Shown: positions 18,711-29,836, counted from the first letter of the stretch. The stretch is 64,000 bases of DNA from Blastococcus sp. (GCA_035999465.1 DASYGS010000011.1:14521-78520); one strand, 5' to 3'. Notes: a model not told the origin generated them from the sequence alone. A program made the numbers and translations.

Positions 18711-19957
18711 TGCGCGCCCTTGCGGTCGAGGATGTCGGTGTACCAGTCGGCCGTGCGCTGCGCCGTGGCCCGCCAGGTGAACATGTCGAGGACGCGGCGG
18801 CGCCCGGCCTGGCCCAGCTGCGCCGCCAGGGACGGCGAGTCGAGCACGCGCTGCAGGGCCGCGGTCAGCTCACCCACGTCGCCGGCCCGCACCCGGAGCC
18901 CCGCCTCGCCGCCGACCACCTCGGGCAGCGCGCCGGCGTCGGTGGTGACCAGGGGGGTCGCGCAGGCCATCGCCTCGATCGCCGGAAGGGAGAACCCCTC
19001 GTACAGCGAGGGGATGGCCACGACCGCGGCCCGCTGCAGGAGCCGCACCAGTTCGGCCTCCGGCACCGGGCCGGTGAAACGGACGGCGTCGCGCAGCGCC
19101 AGGCGGTCGAGCGCCGCCTCGGCCGGGCCGCCGGGCCGGGCGGTGCCCACGACCGTGAGCCGGACCGGCCGCTCGGTGCGCAGCTTCGCCAGGGCCTCGA
19201 GGAGGTGCACCAGGCCCTTGAGCGGCACGTCGGCGCTGGTGATGACCAGGATCGAGTCGGCATCGCGGGCCTGACCGGCGGGCGGGGGCGTGAACTCGTG
19301 CGGGTCGATGCCGACCGGGATGACCTCCACCCGCTCGGCGGGCAGCCCCATGTGCGTGCCGATGTCGCGGCGCGAGCTCTCCGAGACCGTGGTGACGCCG
19401 TTAAGCCGGCGGACGACGCGGGCCTGCATGCCCGTGAACCCGTACCACCGGTGCAGCGTCAGCCGGCGCCGCAGCCCGGGTGCGGCGGCGAGCTCCAGCT
19501 TCCGGTCGATGGCGACCGGGTGGTGCACGGTCGCCACGGTGGGCAGGCCGGCGCGGACCAGCCGTAGCAGCCCCCAGCCCAGGCTCTGGTTGTCGTGGAC
19601 GATGTCGAACTCCTGCGCGCGGGGGAGCAGCGACCGGGCCGCGCGCAGACTGAACGTGAGCGGCTCGGGGAACCCGGCGGTGCACATCGCCGCCCACTCC
19701 AGGACGTCGATGCCGTCGCGGAACTCCGACGGCCGGGGCGTGCGGAAGGGATCGGGCTCGCGGTAGAGGTCGAGGCTCGGCACGCGGGTCAGCGGAACGC
19801 CGGCGTCGAGTTCGGGATACGGCTGGCCGCTGAGGACCTCGACGCGGTGACCGAGCTCGGCCAGCTCCCGGGAGAGCGCCCGCACGTAGATGCCCTGGCC
19901 GCCGCTGTGCGGCTTGCTCCGATAGGACAGCAGTGCGATGCGCAACGACCGTCCCAT
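18704..19957 (-). CDS. Glycosyltransferase family 4 (GT-B)
   Basis: RIALLSYRSKPHSGGQG, HDNQ, PSLYEGFSLPAIEAMACATP. Confidence 0.92.
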   Translation of the reverse strand: MGRSLRIALLSYRSKPHSGGQGIYVRALSRELAELGHRVEVLSGQPYPELDAGVPLTRVPSLDLYREPDPFRTPRPSEFRDGIDVLEWAAMCTAGFPEPLTFSLRAARSLLPRAQEFDIVHDNQSLGWGLLRLVRAGLPTVATVHHPVAIDRKLELAAAPGLRRRLTLHRWYGFTGMQARVVRRLNGVTTVSESSRRDIGTHMGLPAERVEVIPVGIDPHEFTPPPAGQARDADSILVITSADVPLKGLVHLLEALAKLRTERPVRLTVVGTARPGGPAEAALDRLALRDAVRFTGPVPEAELVRLLQRAAVVAIPSLYEGFSLPAIEAMACATPLVTTDAGALPEVVGGEAGLRVRAGDVGELTAALQRVLDSPSLAAQLGQAGRRRVLDMFTWRATAQRTADWYTDILDRKGAQC

Positions 19958-20054
19958 ACGCCGGAATCTAACCAGCCGGTAACCAGAGGCCGCCGACCCG
20001 CTCGGCGGCCGGGAGCTTCCGACGGCGCTCACCGCACCTGGCAGGGTGCTGGCC

Positions 20055-20348
20055 ATGCTCCGTCATGTCGTGCTCTTCACCTGGTCCGACGCCGCCGACG
20101 AGGAGCGGCGGAGGACGACCATCGCGGCCCTGCGGCGGCTGCGCCAGGACGTCGGCGGCATGAGCATGCTGATCGTGGCCGAGGACGCCGATCTCGCCGA
20201 CGGCAACGCCGACGCCGTGCTCATCGCCGACTTCCCCGACGCGCAGGCCTACTACCGCTACGCGCAGGACCCAGTGCATCTGGCGGTGGTCGCCGAGCAC
20301 GTGCGGCCGTGGCTGAGGTCGCGCAGCGCGCTGCAATACCAGATCTGA
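20055..20348 (+). CDS. Dabb (stress-responsive A/B barrel) protein
   Basis: MLRHVVLFTW, ADF, Y..DPVH. Confidence 0.85.
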   Translation: MLRHVVLFTWSDAADEERRRTTIAALRRLRQDVGGMSMLIVAEDADLADGNADAVLIADFPDAQAYYRYAQDPVHLAVVAEHVRPWLRSRSALQYQI

Positions 20349-20445
20349 CCGACGCGACGGCCTTCCGCCGTCCACAGGGGCCGCGCCGTCCACAGATGCG
20401 CTGACGGTCGGCCGCGGAGCGTGCGCGAGCCCCAGGGTCGGGCGC

Positions 20446-21552
20446 ATGGACATCTCGACCGACGCACTCCCGGGCTCCGGGCCCGCCACCGTCTCCGTCT
20501 CCGATCCGGGGGAGATCGCGGCCGGACTACCGCATCTGATCGGCTTCCGGCCCGAGGAGTCGGCGGTGCTGATCGGTCTCGCGGGCGACCACGGCAGCCG
20601 GGTCGGCCTGACCGCCCGGGCCGACCTCCCGCCCTCCGGCCAGGTGCCGGCGTTCGCCCGCGCGCTGGTGCGCAGCGTGTGCACCGACCAGCCGTCCGGC
20701 GTGCTGCTCGTGGTGGTCTCCGAAGCCCCCGACGAGCCCGGCCGCGCCGAGGCCGTCCTTCCGCACCGGCGCCTGGTCCACGAGGTGCTCGTGGCGCTGA
20801 CCGAGCGCGGCGTGGCGCTGCGCGACACCCTGCTCGTGCGGGCCGGCCGGTGGTGGTCCTACGACTGCCCCCACTCCTGCTGCGCACCGGGCGCGGGCAC
20901 GGCGCTGCCCTCGGAGGTGACCCCGCTCGAGGTGGCCTCGATCGTCTCCGGGCTGGTCGCGGCGGGCAGCCGCGAGGAACTCGAGGCGCGCATCGACCCG
21001 CCGGGTGCCTCCGCTCGGCTCGCCATGGGCGACACCGTCCTGCGGATCGGCCGCGAGCACGCCGCCGCCGTGCACGAGCGCGGTGCCGAGGCCGTGGCCC
21101 GGGAGGCGCGGTCCGCGGTCGAGTCCGCCGCGGTGCGCTGCCGGACCGATGGCTCCGGGGGCACCCCCCTGACCGACGACGAGGTCGCCCGGCTGCTGTG
21201 GGCCCTGCGGGATCCCGGCGTCCGCGACCACGCCCTCCGGCTGGCCCTCGGGGAGCACCCCGCAGCGCTGGAGACGCTGTGGACCGAGTGCACCCGGCGG
21301 GCACCCGCACCGCTGGACGCGGCCCCCGCCACCCTCCTGGCCGTGAGTGCCTGGCTGCGCGGCGACGGCGCCATGGCCAACGTGGCCCTGCAGCGCGCGC
21401 TCGACGGCGAGCCCGGCTACCCGCTGGCGAGGCTGCTCAGCCGGGCACTCGCCGAGTGCCTGAACCCGGCCGAGCTGCGCGCGATGATCCGGGCGTCGGT
21501 GCCACCGGACACCGAGCCGGCCGGGCGCGGCAGCGCGCGCCCGGCCGACTGA
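20446..21552 (+). CDS. DUF4192 family protein
   Basis: PHLIGFRPEESAV, RWWSYDC, VRD, AWLRGDGAMANVAL.RAL...PGYPLA; syntenic with ideR/sigB as in mycobacteria. Confidence 0.85.
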   Translation: MDISTDALPGSGPATVSVSDPGEIAAGLPHLIGFRPEESAVLIGLAGDHGSRVGLTARADLPPSGQVPAFARALVRSVCTDQPSGVLLVVVSEAPDEPGRAEAVLPHRRLVHEVLVALTERGVALRDTLLVRAGRWWSYDCPHSCCAPGAGTALPSEVTPLEVASIVSGLVAAGSREELEARIDPPGASARLAMGDTVLRIGREHAAAVHERGAEAVAREARSAVESAAVRCRTDGSGGTPLTDDEVARLLWALRDPGVRDHALRLALGEHPAALETLWTECTRRAPAPLDAAPATLLAVSAWLRGDGAMANVALQRALDGEPGYPLARLLSRALAECLNPAELRAMIRASVPPDTEPAGRGSARPAD

Positions 21553-21589
21553 CATGGCTCACCGGCCCGCCGTGGCGGGCCCGGCGTGC

Positions 21590-23719
21590 TCAGACCAGCT
21601 CGGGGCGCTTCCACTCCTCGCCCAGCACGTGCTCGGCCAGGAAGGCCAGCACGGTCTCGTACCAGACGATCGTGTTGCCCGGTGTGAGCACCCAGTGGTT
21701 CTCGTCGGGGAAGTACAGGAACTTCGACGGCACGCTGCGCTTCTGCAGGTCGTACCAGAGCCGCAGCCCCTCGCCGATCGGCACCCGGTAGTCCTTGTCG
21801 CCGTGGATGACCAGCATGGGCGTCCGGATGGCGTCGGCGTAGCGGTGCGGGGAGTTCTGCTCGTAGCGCTTCGGCTCGCGCAGCGGGTCGCCCCACTCCT
21901 TCTCCCAGTAGTAGGCCGCGTCCGTCGTACCGGTGAACGCGTCGAGGTCCCACAGGCTGGCGTGGGTGACGATCGCGCGGAAGCGAGCGGTCTGGGTCGC
22001 CACCCAGTTGGCCATGTAACCGCCGAACGAGCCGCCCATGGCGGCGGTGCGCGAGGCGTCGATGTCGGGCCGCTGTTCGGCCGCGTCGACCGCCGCCATC
22101 AGGTCGGTGAAGGGGGAGCCGCCCCACTCGCCCCAGCCCCGTCGCACGAAGTCCTGGCCGAAGCCCTGCGACAACGCCGGGTTGGGCATCAGCACGGCGT
22201 AGCCCTTGGCGGCCATCACCCAGGGGCACCAGCGCCACGACCACGCGTTCCAGCTCATCAGCGGGCCGCCGTGGATCCAGAGCAGCAGGGGCGCCGGGTT
22301 CTCCGCCGACGCTCCCTCGGGCAGCACCAGCCACGACTGCACGCGGGTGCCGTCGGCCGCGGTGACCGCCACCTCGTGCAGCGTGCCCGGCAGCGCGTCC
22401 AGGGTGCCGGGATTGGGCAGCGGCGTGGGTTCCTGCCCGGTCGCCACCGGGTCCAGCCGCACGGGGACCGACGGCGAGTCGTAGCCGGAGCGGAGCGCAT
22501 AGAGGGCGCTGCCGTCGCGGGCGACCTGCAGGCTGCTGTAGGCCCCGTCGCCGGTGAGCCGCGTCGGTTCCCCGCCGTCGACGGGCACCCGGAAGATCGC
22601 GTGCCGGCCGTCGTCGTCGGCGAGGAAGTAGACGGCTGTGCCGTCCGCGCTGAACTGCGGCGCGCTCGGCCACCGGTCGAAGCCCGCGGTCAGGTCGTGC
22701 GGGGCGCCACCGGCGGCGTCGACCAGCAGCAGGGTGTAGTCCGGCGGCTCGCTGTAGGTCGGCAGCGACTCGCGCACGCAGACGACCCGCGCGCCGTCGG
22801 AGGAGAAGGACGGGGCGTAGACGTCGGCCAGCGGGTCGTCCACCAGCACCCGGGTCTCGCCGGTGGCCGTCTCGGTGACCACGACCCGGTGCCGTCGGCC
22901 GGCCGGGCCGTCGGGCACGTCCTCGGTCCGCACCAGCAGACGGCCGTCGGGGGAGAGGCAGGCGTCGTCGCCGGCCCCGCTCGGCGGCGCGGCGTCCGGG
23001 GTGAGGTCGCGCAGCACGACCGGCTCGTCGCCGGCGGCCTCGTCGGCCGGCAGGCGGCCGGCCCAGAACAGGTGCGTCGCGGCCGGGCCCAGGTCGTGGT
23101 CCCAGTAGCGAACCGGATACGCCTCGTGCAGCACCGCCGTGACCCCGGCGTCCTTCCGCTTCTTGCGGCGTTCCTCCTCGGCGGCCGCCTCGGAGCCGCC
23201 GGAGAGGGTGTCGGCGGCGACCACGACGTCGCCGGAGTCCGCCGCCACGAAGAAGGCGCCGATCCCGGCGGGCCGCGTGAGCAGCAGCCGTGCCTCGCCG
23301 CCGCCCGCGGGCAGGCTCCACAGCCCGGCCTTCGGGTCGCCGCCCTTCTCGGTCGCCTCGGGGTCGGGGCGTGCGGAGGTGAACAGCAGCGAGCCGTCGG
23401 GGGCCCAGGCCGGCGCGGACTCGCCGGGTGCGCTCCGGGTGAGCCGGCGGGCCGGCCGCTCTCCGGCGGGGTCGACCTCCCAGAGCGCGGACTGCCACTT
23501 CTTCTTCTCGGGGTCGAGGGTCTGCACCGAGACGGCCAGCCGCGCCCCGTCGGCGGAGAGGGCCAGCGCCCCCACCCGGGGCAGCGCGACGTAGTCGGCC
23601 AAGTTGGCGAACGGACTGGTCGCAGCGTCGGCGGCCGCGGGGCCGGCCTCGGAGCTGGGGTCAGGAGCGGGCAGGCTCACCGGTGTCTTCTCTCGCGCGG
23701 GTGCGGATGTCGCCTCCAC
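21590..23719 (-). CDS. S9 (prolyl oligopeptidase family) peptidase
   Basis: Beta-propeller repeats, IHGGP, GGSFGG nucleophile, DYRVP, DENHW; start may be GTG 23680. Confidence 0.92.
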   Translation of the reverse strand: MEATSAPAREKTPVSLPAPDPSSEAGPAAADAATSPFANLADYVALPRVGALALSADGARLAVSVQTLDPEKKKWQSALWEVDPAGERPARRLTRSAPGESAPAWAPDGSLLFTSARPDPEATEKGGDPKAGLWSLPAGGGEARLLLTRPAGIGAFFVAADSGDVVVAADTLSGGSEAAAEEERRKKRKDAGVTAVLHEAYPVRYWDHDLGPAATHLFWAGRLPADEAAGDEPVVLRDLTPDAAPPSGAGDDACLSPDGRLLVRTEDVPDGPAGRRHRVVVTETATGETRVLVDDPLADVYAPSFSSDGARVVCVRESLPTYSEPPDYTLLLVDAAGGAPHDLTAGFDRWPSAPQFSADGTAVYFLADDDGRHAIFRVPVDGGEPTRLTGDGAYSSLQVARDGSALYALRSGYDSPSVPVRLDPVATGQEPTPLPNPGTLDALPGTLHEVAVTAADGTRVQSWLVLPEGASAENPAPLLLWIHGGPLMSWNAWSWRWCPWVMAAKGYAVLMPNPALSQGFGQDFVRRGWGEWGGSPFTDLMAAVDAAEQRPDIDASRTAAMGGSFGGYMANWVATQTARFRAIVTHASLWDLDAFTGTTDAAYYWEKEWGDPLREPKRYEQNSPHRYADAIRTPMLVIHGDKDYRVPIGEGLRLWYDLQKRSVPSKFLYFPDENHWVLTPGNTIVWYETVLAFLAEHVLGEEWKRPELV

Positions 23720-23872
23720 CGTAGTGAGCCGTCCGCCTGCGATGTCGCGGGCCGTCCACCGCCCGCCCGGCAGCGCGGCTCAGGCCGCCGGGAGGACCGG
23801 GCGCAGAGAGCCGGAACGCCGCGAGCCGCGGTCCCGACGATGCGGGGCCGCGGCTCGCGGTACGGCGGGCGG

Positions 23873-24598
23873 TCAGCGCAGGGCGGCCACCTCGACCGGC
23901 AGCCGGGCGCCGTCGCCGGCACTGACGAACACGTGCTGGGCGACGCCGGGCGGCAGCAGCTGGCCGTCGAGGCTGACCGAGTCGCCGACCAGCCGGGCCA
24001 CCGCGGCGGCGCCGGGGCGTACACCCTGCTCGGCGAGCACCCGCAGCAGTTCCGCGTTCTCCTGCAACTGCTCACTGATCCGGCGGACCACCACCGGCCG
24101 GCCGTCGACGGTCGCGGTCGTCGACAGCAGCGCGAGGGAGTCGCGTGCCGTGGCCGTCTCGCCCCACAGCGCCGGGTCGCCGCGCAGGGCGTCGAGCCCC
24201 GGGATCGGGTTGCCGAACGGCGAGACCGTGGGGTTGCCGAGCAGGGTCAGCAGCTTGCGCTCCACCGCCTCGCTCATGACGTGCTCCCAGCGGCAGGCCT
24301 CCTCGTGCACGTCGGCGTAGTCCAGACCGATGACGTCGACGAGCAGGCACTCGGCGAGGCGGTGCTTGCGCATGACCGCAGTGGCCAGCGAGCGGCCCTC
24401 GTCGGAGAGCTGGAGGTGCCGGTCGCCTTCGACGGTGAGCAGACCGTCCCGCTCCATCCGGGCCACGGTCTGGCTGACGGTCGGGCCGCTCTGGTGCAGG
24501 CGCTCGGCGATCCGCGCGCGCAGCGGGACGATGCCCTCTTCCTCCAGCTCGAAGATCGTGCGGAGGTACATCTCCGTGGTGTCGATGAGGTCGTTCAC
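23873..24598 (-). CDS. ideR: IdeR/DtxR iron-dependent repressor
   Basis: NDLIDTTEMYLRTIFELEEEG, SGPTVSQTVARMERDG, MRKHRLAE, HEEACRWEHVMS. Confidence 0.93.
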   Translation of the reverse strand: MNDLIDTTEMYLRTIFELEEEGIVPLRARIAERLHQSGPTVSQTVARMERDGLLTVEGDRHLQLSDEGRSLATAVMRKHRLAECLLVDVIGLDYADVHEEACRWEHVMSEAVERKLLTLLGNPTVSPFGNPIPGLDALRGDPALWGETATARDSLALLSTTATVDGRPVVVRRISEQLQENAELLRVLAEQGVRPGAAAVARLVGDSVSLDGQLLPPGVAQHVFVSAGDGARLPVEVAALR

Positions 24599-24709
24599 AG
24601 GCACTCCTCCATGTCCTGCGCAGTCTACGGGGGCCGGACCCGCCCGAGCCCTGGTCACCGGCGGTCCGGGCGGGGTGCGGAGGCCGCGGCAACGGGTAGC
24701 GTCCGGCAG

Positions 24710-25891
24710 GTGAGCGACTCGGTCACCGTCGTCTGGAACGACGCGCTGCTGAGCTACACCATGGGTGGCGACCACCCGATGCACCCGGTGCGGCTCGACC
24801 TGACCATGCGCCTGGCCGACAGCCTCGGCGTGCTCGCCACCGACCGGCTGCGGGTCCTCGCGCCCACACCTGCCGACGTCGAGCTGCTGACGCTCGTGCA
24901 CGACCCCGCCTACCTCGAGGCGGTCAAGCGTGCTCCGGCCGACCCCGACGTCGGGCACGGGCTGGGCACCCCCGACAACCCGATCTTCGACGGCATGTAC
25001 GACGCGGCCGCGCTGATCGTCGGCGGCAGCGTTCTCGCCGCCCAGCAGGTGCACAGCGGCAAGGCCCAGCACGCGGTGAACATCTCCGGAGGCCTGCACC
25101 ACGCGATGCGCGACGCGGCATCCGGGTTCTGCGTGTTCAACGACGCCGCCATCGCGATCGCCTGGCTGCTGCGCCAGGGCTACGAACGGATCGCCTACGT
25201 CGACCTCGACGTCCATCACGGCGACGGCGTCCAGGCCGCGTTCTACGACGATCCGCGGGTGCTCACCGTCAGCGTCCACCAGACGCCGCTGACGCTGTTC
25301 CCCGGCACGGGCTTCCCCGAGGAGACCGGCGACCCGCAGAAGGCCCTGGGCAGCGCCGTGAACCTGGCGCTCCCCAACGGCACCGACGACTCCGGCTGGC
25401 TGCGTGCCTTCACCGCCGTCGTCCCGAGCGTGCTGCGGGCCTTCCAGCCGCAGATCCTGGTAACCCAGTGCGGCTGCGACGCCCACCACGAGGACCCGCT
25501 GGCCGATCTCGCCCTCACCGTCGACGGGCAGCGAGCCAGCTACCGGGCGATGCACGAGCTGGCGCACGAGGTCTCCGACGGCCGCTGGATCGCCCTCGGC
25601 GGCGGCGGGTACGGCCTGGTGCGCTGCGTCCCCCGGGCCTGGACACACCTGATCGCCGAGGTCAGCGGCACCCCGCTGGACCCGGCCACCGAGATCCCGC
25701 AGTCCTGGCGCGACGACGTCGTGGCCCGGGGGCTGCGGGTCCGGCCGCCCACCCACATGACGGAGGGCGGCTACACCGGCTTCTCCCGCTGGGACGCGTT
25801 CACCGAGTCGCGGGTCGACCGCGCCGTCATGCGCACCCGGCGGGCCTCCTTCCCGTACTTCGGCCTCGACCCGGACGATCCGCGTGACTGA
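24710..25891 (+). CDS. acuC: AcuC-like zinc-dependent deacetylase (HDAC family)
   Basis: HPMHPVR, GGLHHA, ASGFCVFND, DLDVHHGDGVQ, FPGTG, GGGGY. Confidence 0.9.
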   Translation: MSDSVTVVWNDALLSYTMGGDHPMHPVRLDLTMRLADSLGVLATDRLRVLAPTPADVELLTLVHDPAYLEAVKRAPADPDVGHGLGTPDNPIFDGMYDAAALIVGGSVLAAQQVHSGKAQHAVNISGGLHHAMRDAASGFCVFNDAAIAIAWLLRQGYERIAYVDLDVHHGDGVQAAFYDDPRVLTVSVHQTPLTLFPGTGFPEETGDPQKALGSAVNLALPNGTDDSGWLRAFTAVVPSVLRAFQPQILVTQCGCDAHHEDPLADLALTVDGQRASYRAMHELAHEVSDGRWIALGGGGYGLVRCVPRAWTHLIAEVSGTPLDPATEIPQSWRDDVVARGLRVRPPTHMTEGGYTGFSRWDAFTESRVDRAVMRTRRASFPYFGLDPDDPRD

Positions 25892-28619
25892 CCCGAACCC
25901 GGCGTCCGCGGTCGCTCAGCCGGCCGCCGTGCCGGCTCCCGAGCACGCCGAGCCCCCGACCGCGCCGCCGCACTGGGAGGCCGACATCGTCGCCGCCGAC
26001 GGCGGCACGGTGCACCTGCGCCCGATCAGCCCCGACGACGCCGAGGGCCTGGTCGGGCTGATGGAGCGCAGCAGCGACCAGACGCGCTACTACCGGTTCT
26101 TCGGCCCGATGAAGAAGCTGTCGGACAAGGACCTGCACCGCTTCACCCACGTCGACCACGACCACCGTGTGGCGTTCGTGATCCTGCTCGGCGACCAGGT
26201 GATCGCGGTCGGGCGCTACGACCGGTACCCCGACACCGACGACGCCGAGGTGGCCTTCCTCGTCGAGGACGCCCACCAGGGCCGGGGGCTGGGTTCGGTG
26301 CTGCTCGAGCACCTGGCTGCCGCCGCCCGCGAGCGCGGCATCAAGCGGTTCGTGGCCGAGGTGCTCGCCCAGAACAGCCGCATGGTGCGGGTCTTCCAGG
26401 ACGCGGGCTACAAGTCCGCGCGCTCCTACGAGGACGGCGTGGTCCACCTGACCTTCCCGATCGAGCAGACCGAGGACGCGCTCGCCGTCGCCTACGAGCG
26501 CGAGCAGCGCAGCGAGTCGCGCTCCATCGGCCGGTTGCTCACCCCGTCGTCGGTCGCCGTGGTCGGCGCGAGCAACGACGTGGGCAAGCTCGGCAACGCG
26601 CTGCTCAAGCACCTGCTCGACTACGGCTTCGCCGGCCCCGTCTACCCGGTCAACCCGGCGGCCCGGCACGTGCGCGGCGTCCCCGCGTACGCCGACATCG
26701 AGGCGATCCCCGACGACGTCGACCTTGCCGTCCTGGCCGTGCCCGCCGACGAGGTCGCCGCCGTCGTGGAGGCGTGCCGGCGCAAGCGGGTCAAGGGGCT
26801 GGTGGTGATCTCCGGCGGGTTCGGCGAGCTCGGCCCTGAGGGCCTGGCCGCCGAACGGCAGCTGGTCGCCGCCGCCCGCGCGTCCGGAATGCGCGTCGTC
26901 GGCCCGAACTGCCTGGGAATGGTCAACACCGCACCCGAGGTCCGGCTCAACGCGAGCCTGGCCCCGATGGTCCCCGGTCGCGGGCGCGTGGGGTTCTTCG
27001 CCCAGTCCGGCGCGCTCGGGGTCGCGCTGCTCGAGCGGGCCCGCAGCCGCGACATCGGCCTGTCCACGTTCGTCTCGGCGGGCAACCGGGCCGACGTCAG
27101 CGGCAACGACCTGCTGCAGTACTGGGCGACCGACCCGGCGACCGAGGTGGTGCTGCTCTACCTGGAGAGCTTCGGCAACCCCCGCAAGTTCGCCCGCCTC
27201 GCCCGCACGGTCGGCCGGACCAAGCCGGTCGTCGCGGTCAAGAGCGGCCGGCACGTGGCGATGACCCCGGGTCTGGCCGGCACGTCGGTCACCGTGCCCG
27301 AGCAGTCGGTGGCCGCGCTGTTCGCCTCGGCCGGTGTGATCCGGGTCGACACCGTGGCGCAGCTGCTCGACGTCGGGGCCGTGCTGGCCCACCAGCCGCT
27401 GCCGGCCGGCAGCCGTGTCGCCGTCGTCGGCAACTCCACCGCGATGGGTCAGCTGGTCGCTGACGCCGTCCTCGAGGAGGGGCTCGACCTCGCCCGCGAG
27501 GCACCGGTCGACATCGGCGTGAACGGCAGCCCGGAGGAGTTCCGCCGGGCGCTGCAGGAGGCCGTGGACGACGAGCGGGTCGACGCGGTCGTCGCCGTCT
27601 TCCTGCCCCCGCTGATGGCCGGCTCCCGCGAGTTCGGGCCGGCCCTGCGCGACGTCGCCCAGCACTCCACCAAGCCGATCGTCGCCACGTTCCTCTCCAC
27701 CGAGGGCATCCCGCCCGAGCTCGCCGTCCTCGACGACAGCGGCATGCCGGCGCGCGGGTCCGTGCCCTCGTTCGCCACCCCGGAGCGGGCCGTGATCGCG
27801 CTGGCCAAGGTCGCCGAGTACGCGCGGTGGCGCCGCCGGCCGGTGGGCGAGCTGCCCGAGTTGCCGGACGTCGACGAGGACGCCGGCCGCCGCATCGTGA
27901 CCGGGGTCCTCGCCGAGACCGCCCTCGGCCGCGAGCTCACCGACGACGAGCTGATCGCCCTGCTGGCCGCCTACGGGGTGCCGCTGCTGGGTACCCGCAC
28001 CGTCACCGATGTCGAGGGGGCCGTCGCCGCGGCAGAGGAGGTCGGCTACCCGGTGGTGCTCAAGTCCACCGCGCCGTGGCTGCGGCACCGCCCCGACCTG
28101 GGCGGCGTGCGCCTCGACCTGGTCGACGCCGACGCGGTGCGCACCGCGTTCGGCGCCATCCCCTCCGGCGACCCGGTGATCGTCCAGGAGATGGCCGCGC
28201 CCGGCGTGGCCACGGTGATCGAGATCGTCGACGACCCGTCCTTCGGTGCGCTGGTCAGCTTCGGCCTCGGCGGGGTGGCCACCGACCTGCTCGGCGACCG
28301 CGCGTTCCGCACGCTTCCCCTCACCGACCTCGACGCCGCCGACCTCGTGCGCGCGCCGCGGGCCTGGCCGCTGCTCGACGGCTACCGGGGGTCGGAGCCG
28401 GTCGACGTCGCCGCGCTGGAGAACCTCCTGCTGCGGGTGGCACGGCTCGCCGACGACCTGCCCGAGGTGCTGCGGCTCACCCTCGAGCCGGTGATCGTCG
28501 GCCCGCACGACCCCTGGCACGGTGGCCGCTCGCTCGTCGTGGCCGGCGGCACCGCCGTCGTCGGGCCGCCCACGGCGCGGGTCGACCCGGGCCCGCGGCG
28601 GATGCGCAACCCGGTCTGA
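25884..28619 (+). CDS. Protein lysine acetyltransferase: GNAT + NDP-forming acyl-CoA synthetase-like domains (PatA type)
   Basis: N-terminal GNAT (AEVAFLVED.HQGRGLG), CoA-binding (VVGAS, GPNCLG, QSGALG), ATP-grasp-like C-terminus. Confidence 0.9.
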   Translation: MTDPNPASAVAQPAAVPAPEHAEPPTAPPHWEADIVAADGGTVHLRPISPDDAEGLVGLMERSSDQTRYYRFFGPMKKLSDKDLHRFTHVDHDHRVAFVILLGDQVIAVGRYDRYPDTDDAEVAFLVEDAHQGRGLGSVLLEHLAAAARERGIKRFVAEVLAQNSRMVRVFQDAGYKSARSYEDGVVHLTFPIEQTEDALAVAYEREQRSESRSIGRLLTPSSVAVVGASNDVGKLGNALLKHLLDYGFAGPVYPVNPAARHVRGVPAYADIEAIPDDVDLAVLAVPADEVAAVVEACRRKRVKGLVVISGGFGELGPEGLAAERQLVAAARASGMRVVGPNCLGMVNTAPEVRLNASLAPMVPGRGRVGFFAQSGALGVALLERARSRDIGLSTFVSAGNRADVSGNDLLQYWATDPATEVVLLYLESFGNPRKFARLARTVGRTKPVVAVKSGRHVAMTPGLAGTSVTVPEQSVAALFASAGVIRVDTVAQLLDVGAVLAHQPLPAGSRVAVVGNSTAMGQLVADAVLEEGLDLAREAPVDIGVNGSPEEFRRALQEAVDDERVDAVVAVFLPPLMAGSREFGPALRDVAQHSTKPIVATFLSTEGIPPELAVLDDSGMPARGSVPSFATPERAVIALAKVAEYARWRRRPVGELPELPDVDEDAGRRIVTGVLAETALGRELTDDELIALLAAYGVPLLGTRTVTDVEGAVAAAEEVGYPVVLKSTAPWLRHRPDLGGVRLDLVDADAVRTAFGAIPSGDPVIVQEMAAPGVATVIEIVDDPSFGALVSFGLGGVATDLLGDRAFRTLPLTDLDAADLVRAPRAWPLLDGYRGSEPVDVAALENLLLRVARLADDLPEVLRLTLEPVIVGPHDPWHGGRSLVVAGGTAVVGPPTARVDPGPRRMRNPV

Positions 28620-28622
28620 GAG

Positions 28623-28664
28623 ACGGCGAGAGCCGGCCACCCGAAGGTGACCGGCTCTCGCCGT
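28623..28664. terminator. Bidirectional hairpin between convergent pat and sigB
   Basis: ACGGCGAGAGCCGG.CACC-CGAA-GGTGACCGGCTCTCGCCGT long stem. Confidence 0.8.
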
Positions 28665-28673
28665 GCTCTGGTG

Positions 28674-29660
<987 letters not shown>

Positions 29661-29808
29661 GATGTGTCTTCGTCCTTGCCTTCGGTTCGGATGTCTCCGC
29701 CGTTCGTCGTCGGCGGCGGCGGGGGTGCATCCGGGTGTCAAGGGCCGGGGTTTCCGGACGATCTCCGGCCGGCCCCTTGCTCTTCTGTCCGATGTGGTAC
29801 GCCCTGCA

Positions 29809-29836
29809 CAACGGCCGGTACCGGGCTCTGTGTTCC
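29809..29836 (-). promoter_or_regulatory. SigE/SigH(SigR)-type promoter for sigB
   Basis: GGAAC-N18-CGTTG on the minus strand upstream of sigB; matches the GGAA(C/T)...GTT class that drives mycobacterial sigB. Confidence 0.65.

Noticed and set aside
21554-24709. Apparent 1445-aa giant deacetylase
   Set aside because: Upstream part is antisense to the S9 peptidase and ideR; AcuC starts at 24710
25827-28640. 937-aa minus-strand ORF
   Set aside because: Antisense shadow of pat
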